Below are positions 59,319-64,000 of a stretch of DNA of 64,000 bases, piece after piece. The notes beneath the pieces are model-generated. The model worked only from the letters and a program-made list of their open reading frames with translations, was not told the DNA's origin and did no database searches. The stretch is from an uncultured Alphaproteobacteria bacterium (GTDB lineage Bacteria; Pseudomonadota; Alphaproteobacteria; HIMB59; GCA-002718135): the NCBI GenBank assembly GCA_902586695.1, contig CACIIL010000001.1, positions 100,738 to 164,737 on the forward strand, given 5' to 3'. Within the stretch, counting starts at the first letter, position 1. Each line of letters starts with the position of its first letter. Made by a program: the position numbers and the translations under genes.

Positions 59319-59380
59319 TGTAATGGCATTATTATATTATAATGTTATTATAATTATATGACTTGGGTAAGTAGATAGAT

Positions 59381-59935
59381 ATGAGTATAGTAGGAAATCC
59401 AGCGCTTGTGCTTAATGCAGATTTTCGGCCTCTTTCATATTATCCCCTTTCCTTATGTTCATGGCAGGATTCTATAAAATCAGTTTTTTTAAATCGTGTT
59501 TCAGTAATTGAAAGATATGATCAATCAGTAAACTCACCAACGATCAGTTTTAAATTGCCTAGTGTAATAGCATTAAAAGATTATGTAATGCCGCTTCGCA
59601 AGCCAGCTTTCACAAGATTTAATGTTTTTCTTCGAGATAATTTTACTTGTCAATACTGTGCGAAAAAGTTTGCTGCAAATGATCTGACTTTTGATCATTT
59701 AGTTCCAAGATGTCTGCATGGTAAAACGACGTGGCAAAATGTTGTGTCTGCATGCACGAATTGTAATTTAAAAAAAGGTCGTAAATTATTACAAAATACA
59801 GATATGAAATTATTAAAAAAGCCTATTAAGCCTAATTCTATTCATTTACAAAATAATGGTCGTAATTTTCCACCTAATTATTTACATGATAGTTGGAGAG
59901 ATTATTTATATTGGGATACTGAATTAGAAAATTAG
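59381..59935 (+). CDS. HNH endonuclease (conserved alphaproteobacterial COG1403 type)
   Basis: PALVLNAD..PLSYYPLS, FTRFNVFLRD, CQYC, DHLVP, CTNCNLKK. Confidence 0.9.
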   Translation: MSIVGNPALVLNADFRPLSYYPLSLCSWQDSIKSVFLNRVSVIERYDQSVNSPTISFKLPSVIALKDYVMPLRKPAFTRFNVFLRDNFTCQYCAKKFAANDLTFDHLVPRCLHGKTTWQNVVSACTNCNLKKGRKLLQNTDMKLLKKPIKPNSIHLQNNGRNFPPNYLHDSWRDYLYWDTELEN

Positions 59936-60507
59936 ATTTTTTTTGAAATTGCTATTGCAGTTTTACAGCCAATTTCAATAACTTTAGTCATTGCTTTATA
60001 ACCAATCGCATTTTCTGCATCATGTTCTAAACCTATATCATGATGTTCGAGCTCATCTTTTTCAAACTTAGCAATTGTTTTTTTCAATTCTTTCTCATCA
60101 TCTTCCAAAAGATTTTGTTGTTCTCGATAGTGTTCTCCAATTACTTTTTCTACAGCAACAGTGCATGCCATAGCGGCTTTTTCTCCCATTAAAGCTGTTC
60201 CCGCACCTAATGCAAATCCAGCAACATTCCATAAGGGTAACAATGCAGTAGGGCGAACATTTTTTTCTATAATAAGTTCGTTAAACTTCTCAATATGTTC
60301 TTGCTCCTGATCTGCCATATGTTGAATAGTTTTACCTATTTTAGAATTTTTACCAAAGATGGCTATTTGACCATCATAAATTCTTGTAGCACCGTATTCC
60401 CCAGCATGATCTACTCTAATTATTTCATCTAAAATATTTTTATCAGTCGTGGCTTTATTTTTTCTTGAAGGTTTCTTTTTAATTATTTTTTTTCTTTTTT
60501 GAGGCAT
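59932..60507 (-). CDS. coq7: demethoxyubiquinone hydroxylase (Coq7)
   Basis: IRVDHAGEYGA, EQEH, CTVAVE..I..HY, DELEH; ATG 60507. Confidence 0.93.
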   Translation of the reverse strand: MPQKRKKIIKKKPSRKNKATTDKNILDEIIRVDHAGEYGATRIYDGQIAIFGKNSKIGKTIQHMADQEQEHIEKFNELIIEKNVRPTALLPLWNVAGFALGAGTALMGEKAAMACTVAVEKVIGEHYREQQNLLEDDEKELKKTIAKFEKDELEHHDIGLEHDAENAIGYKAMTKVIEIGCKTAIAISKKI

Positions 60508-60973
60508 AGTTATTATATAGATATATTGCATTTATTAAAAAAATCAAAAAAAATAATAAACTATTAATTGTCGCAGCAGAAAATCCAAAAATAGTCCAGG
60601 TAACGTCCTCACAATTTGTAACAGCTTTAGATAAGATTTGTTCTTTAAGATTAGAAATATCAGTTGTAATATTTAATTCTTGAGAGCATCCAGATGGCCC
60701 TGTAATGATTTTATTTTCAATACCAACATGCCAAACAGAATAGAATATCCCATAAGCACTAATAAATTGTAAACCTAAAAAAAACCAAATTTTTTTATGT
60801 AAGCGCAGAAATGCAAAAACAATAAATGTTGCGATGATAGCATAGTAAGGCTCTCTTTGCTTTAAACACATTTTGCATGGTTCCAAATTAAAATAAAATT
60901 CAGCAATTAAAGCAGAAGTAATAGCTATTAAGCTTAATATGCCAATTACATAAAACCAATATTTTTCTAACAT
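60479..60973 (-). CDS. dsbB: disulfide bond formation protein DsbB family
   Basis: LEPCKMCLKQR, HVGIE, second Cys pair, TM segments. Confidence 0.85.
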   Translation of the reverse strand: MLEKYWFYVIGILSLIAITSALIAEFYFNLEPCKMCLKQREPYYAIIATFIVFAFLRLHKKIWFFLGLQFISAYGIFYSVWHVGIENKIITGPSGCSQELNITTDISNLKEQILSKAVTNCEDVTWTIFGFSAATINSLLFFLIFLINAIYLYNNYASKKKKNN

Positions 60974-61557
60974 TAAAATAAGTTAATTAATAACACACTT
61001 CCTATTAGAATAATAAAAAATAAAATTGTTAATATATTAAAGTACCTATCTATTAATATCTTAATTTTTTTACCAAAAATAAATAATATACCTGCTAGCA
61101 AATAAAATCTAAGTCCTCTTGCTATAAATGCAGTTAAAATAAATAATAAAATATTTAGATTAAAAACACCACTTGCGATTGTTATGAATTTAAAAGGAAA
61201 AGGTGTGAAGCCTGCACCTAAAACAATCAAAATGCCATACTGATTATAATAATTCTCAAAGGACTTAAAAGAATGCATTAAACCATAAGCATCAATTATT
61301 AGTATTCCAATACTATTATAAAAAAAATACCCAATAGCATATCCTGCAATACCACCTATGACTGATGATAAAGTACAAACAAATGCATAAGCCCAAGCTT
61401 TAGCTCTGTTAGCAATTATCATTGGTATAAGAAGGACATCAGGAGGAATTGGGAAAAATGAACTTTCAGTAAAAGAAACAATACTTAAAATCCATACAGA
61501 ATATTTGTGTTGAGCCTTAAGGAGTGTCCAGTTGTAAAGAGATCGTATAAATTTCAT
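60973..61557 (-). CDS. DedA/YqaA family membrane protein
   Basis: SFTESSFFPIPPD, FTPFPFK, RGLRF. Confidence 0.9.
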   Translation of the reverse strand: MKFIRSLYNWTLLKAQHKYSVWILSIVSFTESSFFPIPPDVLLIPMIIANRAKAWAYAFVCTLSSVIGGIAGYAIGYFFYNSIGILIIDAYGLMHSFKSFENYYNQYGILIVLGAGFTPFPFKFITIASGVFNLNILLFILTAFIARGLRFYLLAGILFIFGKKIKILIDRYFNILTILFFIILIGSVLLINLF

Positions 61558-61562
61558 TTATT

Positions 61563-61647
61563 TGGTAGGAGTAGAGGGAATCGAACCCACACCACCGAGG
61601 TGACCGGATTTTGAATCCGGCGCGTCTACCAGTTCCGCCATACTCCC
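61563..61647 (-). tRNA. tRNA-Leu(CAA)
   Basis: GGGAGTA/TACTCCT acceptor, CCGGA-TTCAAAA-TCCGG anticodon arm, long variable arm, TTCGATT, encoded CCA. Confidence 0.95.
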
Positions 61648-61782
61648 AATTTGTTTTTCCTATTTTTACTTGGTTTTTACGTTTAAGTCCATTTGTATAT
61701 AATCATTTTATTAAAATAATTAAACTCTATTAATGAATAAATCAAATTTACACAACCAATGTTAGTTGGTACATTAAATAAA

Positions 61783-62607
61783 ATGAAAAATATATTTACA
61801 ATTTTTTTAATTATAATTTTTAGTCTTAATGTTAACGCTCTTACCGTTGGTACCTACCATACAGACGGATCTATTACTGACAAAGATGGAAAAGTGATAA
61901 GAAAAAGTTATGCTGATAGATATCAAGAAGCATTAGATGCATTCAATAACGGAAAAGAAATTATAGATTGGCCTACGGTAAAAAAAAGTAAAAAAGGAAA
62001 AACATTTGGTAAAAAAGGTTTTTTTGGTGAAAAAATTCTTGAAGAGGGGGCTCCTTTGCTTGCAATTGATAAAGTAACAGGCTCCAAAGATGAAATATTA
62101 AATAATATAGCAAAACAAAATGGCTACTTAAATGAGGATATTTTAAAACTCTCTTTAGTTGTGAATTCTAGTGAGCTTTTTCAAAGTGAAAATAATATTT
62201 CTATGGAAACTTTTGACTCACTTCAAAATTCATACAAAAAATTAATTGAAGCAGGAGTTATTGGTGAAAATTTATCTGAATTTGATGACTTATCTAGTTT
62301 TATGTCTTCAATGGGCAGTATTGATTCAACAACAGGAAATGCAATTTTAGCTGCTGACGATGGAGTAATTTCTGGAGAGATGGTTAACGATGATGATATT
62401 CAAATTGAAGGTATAGATCCTGGTGCTAGTCTGGCAGATATTGCAGATAGCTTAAATATTGATTCATCTTTAGTCACAAGTAGGGCAATGGCAGAAACTT
62501 TATCTGCGGTAGCAAATGAAGTTTCAAATGATGTCGGTTCCGAAGATCCATATGCTGGACCAGCGATTGATCCAAATACAGGAAGCGCACCTTTGCCAGC
62601 TGAATAA
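61783..62607 (+). CDS. hypothetical secreted protein with acidic C-terminal half
   Basis: MKNIFTIFLIIIFSLNVNA signal peptide; no family recognised. Confidence 0.75.
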   Translation: MKNIFTIFLIIIFSLNVNALTVGTYHTDGSITDKDGKVIRKSYADRYQEALDAFNNGKEIIDWPTVKKSKKGKTFGKKGFFGEKILEEGAPLLAIDKVTGSKDEILNNIAKQNGYLNEDILKLSLVVNSSELFQSENNISMETFDSLQNSYKKLIEAGVIGENLSEFDDLSSFMSSMGSIDSTTGNAILAADDGVISGEMVNDDDIQIEGIDPGASLADIADSLNIDSSLVTSRAMAETLSAVANEVSNDVGSEDPYAGPAIDPNTGSAPLPAE

Positions 62608-62736
62608 TAAATACAAATAGATAGTACAAGTTATCATATCTAGAATGACAGGGATAAAAAAAGAATCCAACTATTTAAAATAGATTCATATTGATTCATA
62701 TTTGATTCAGTAGTATTTTTTAGGAAAGTAAAAATA

Positions 62737-63153
62737 ATGTTAATTAGATTTGGTATAATATTTATAGGTTTTGTATTAACTATAAAATTTGCATTTGCAG
62801 ATATTGTTGATGTAAATAATCAGCAAATTAAAGAATTATCAAAAAATAATATTCCAATTGTAGATGTAAGAAGAAGTTCTGAATGGGATCAAACTGGAGT
62901 TGTTCCAAAAAGTATTCTGCTAACCTTTTTTGATAAAGAAGGAAATTATAATTATGATGAATGGTATGAAAAATTACGTTTAGAGATAGATGAAGGCAAA
63001 CCTATAATCTTAATTTGTAGAACTGGAAGAAGAACCAAAATAATTGCGAAAATGATGGAAATAAAAAAATTTGATAATGTTATTTATAATGCAAAAAGTG
63101 GAATAACCTCTTGGATTGATGAAAAATTAATAACCGTTAAACCACGGTATTAG
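62737..63153 (+). CDS. exported rhodanese-like domain protein
   Basis: signal peptide ending AFA, IVDVRRSSEW..TG, ICRTGRRT active loop, GITSW. Confidence 0.85.
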   Translation: MLIRFGIIFIGFVLTIKFAFADIVDVNNQQIKELSKNNIPIVDVRRSSEWDQTGVVPKSILLTFFDKEGNYNYDEWYEKLRLEIDEGKPIILICRTGRRTKIIAKMMEIKKFDNVIYNAKSGITSWIDEKLITVKPRY

Positions 63154-63387
63154 TTTATTCTATTTATTTAAATAAATTGAAAAGATATAATTAATATTTA
63201 TATCAACTTTTTTTAATTTTCCCTTTTTTTACTTGGTTTTTAAACTAAAATGTATGATTTATTTGTTGATAATTAACCTTATTTCTAAAAGTAAGATTTA
63301 CTAAATTTACTTTTTTTTAGAGCATAATATGTTATTCTCATAATAAAGTAGTAAAAATAATTATTATTTCTACTGCATAAATTTTTA

Positions 63388-63459
63388 AGCAGCTGCAGTA
63401 ACCTGCTATAACAAAATTTTTGTAGTCTATGAACTGCAAGACTAAAACATTAGTGGAGG
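63388..63459 (+). promoter_or_regulatory. candidate structured RNA leader (two hairpins with complementary loops) before bactofilin gene
   Basis: AGCAG/CTGCT and TAGTCT/AGACTA stems; loops carry TGCAGT and ACTGCA; ends at GGAGG RBS. Confidence 0.45.
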
Positions 63460-63463
63460 ACAA

Positions 63464-63931
63464 ATGTTTGACAAAAAAAAAGACAATTCTTTAAGTGGTG
63501 GAAGTAATTCACCTGATGTTTTCAGACCAGCTAAAGGAACAGCAAAAGTCGTAATCGGCAATGGTGTTTCGATAAGTGGTGAGATTAAAAAAGCAGATGA
63601 AGTTCAAATTGATGGCGAAGCAGATGTTACTATGAAAACTGATAATCTAGTAATAGGCGCAACAGGTGAGTGTAAAGGTTCAATTGAAACACACAATGCT
63701 GATATTTGGGGGTTATTTGATGGTGATATTAAAGCTTCTGGAACTTTAACAATTCAGGAGCAAGGTAAAGCTACTGGTTCAATTGAATATCAAAATATGC
63801 AAATTAAACTTGGAGGCCAACTTACTGGAGATATAAAAAAATCTGATAAAATTCAACCTATTAAAAAGGAAACGAAAGAAGAAAATAAAACAGGCATTTC
63901 AATGCAAGAAGCTATTAAAAAGGGAGAATAA
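63464..63931 (+). CDS. bactofilin (polymer-forming cytoskeletal protein)
   Basis: VIGNGVSISGEI..VQIDG..LVIGATG..GSI..GDI..GSIEY beta-helix repeats; GGAGG RBS. Confidence 0.88.
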   Translation: MFDKKKDNSLSGGSNSPDVFRPAKGTAKVVIGNGVSISGEIKKADEVQIDGEADVTMKTDNLVIGATGECKGSIETHNADIWGLFDGDIKASGTLTIQEQGKATGSIEYQNMQIKLGGQLTGDIKKSDKIQPIKKETKEENKTGISMQEAIKKGE

Positions 63932-64000
63932 AAATAATTTTAAATCCCACTTAATACTTTTTAAACTATAAAATAAAATTAAATAACACTTAATTTTTTG

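Overview
AT-rich (roughly 30% GC by eye), very compact core-genome window of a streamlined, probably marine alphaproteobacterium (SAR11-like or HIMB59/AEGEAN-169-like; inferred from gene order, composition and short or overlapping spacers). Gene content in order: mtaB-dapF; ffh-rpsP-rimM-trmD-rplS-leuCDB-asd; tRNA-Arg(TCG); a coupled udgB/MFS/zapE/hydrolase operon with two microproteins; sdhCDAB-mdh-sucCDAB-lpdA; transaldolase and priA; atpHAGDC; rplU-rpmA-obgE-proBA-nadD-rsfS-ctpA-rppH; SAM-II riboswitch-metX-metW-gloB; a chorismate mutase-HisC fusion with tyrA; argH-lptM-lysA; a FadN/DmdB-like/MetY-like/hydrolase cluster; esterase-HNH; dedA-dsbB-coq7; tRNA-Leu(CAA); a secreted orphan, a rhodanese and a bactofilin. 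I saw no transposase, integrase, prophage or CRISPR array. The best leads are an unannotated ~140-nt rod-shaped sRNA with its own promoter and U-tail (15148-15323), a probable AUU-initiated rsfS, the CM-HisC fusion, a kissing-loop RNA leader before the bactofilin gene, a switchable platform behind the SAM-II aptamer, and a candidate organosulfur (MMPA/methanethiol to Met) operon. All family calls come from motif recognition by eye; no database searches were run.
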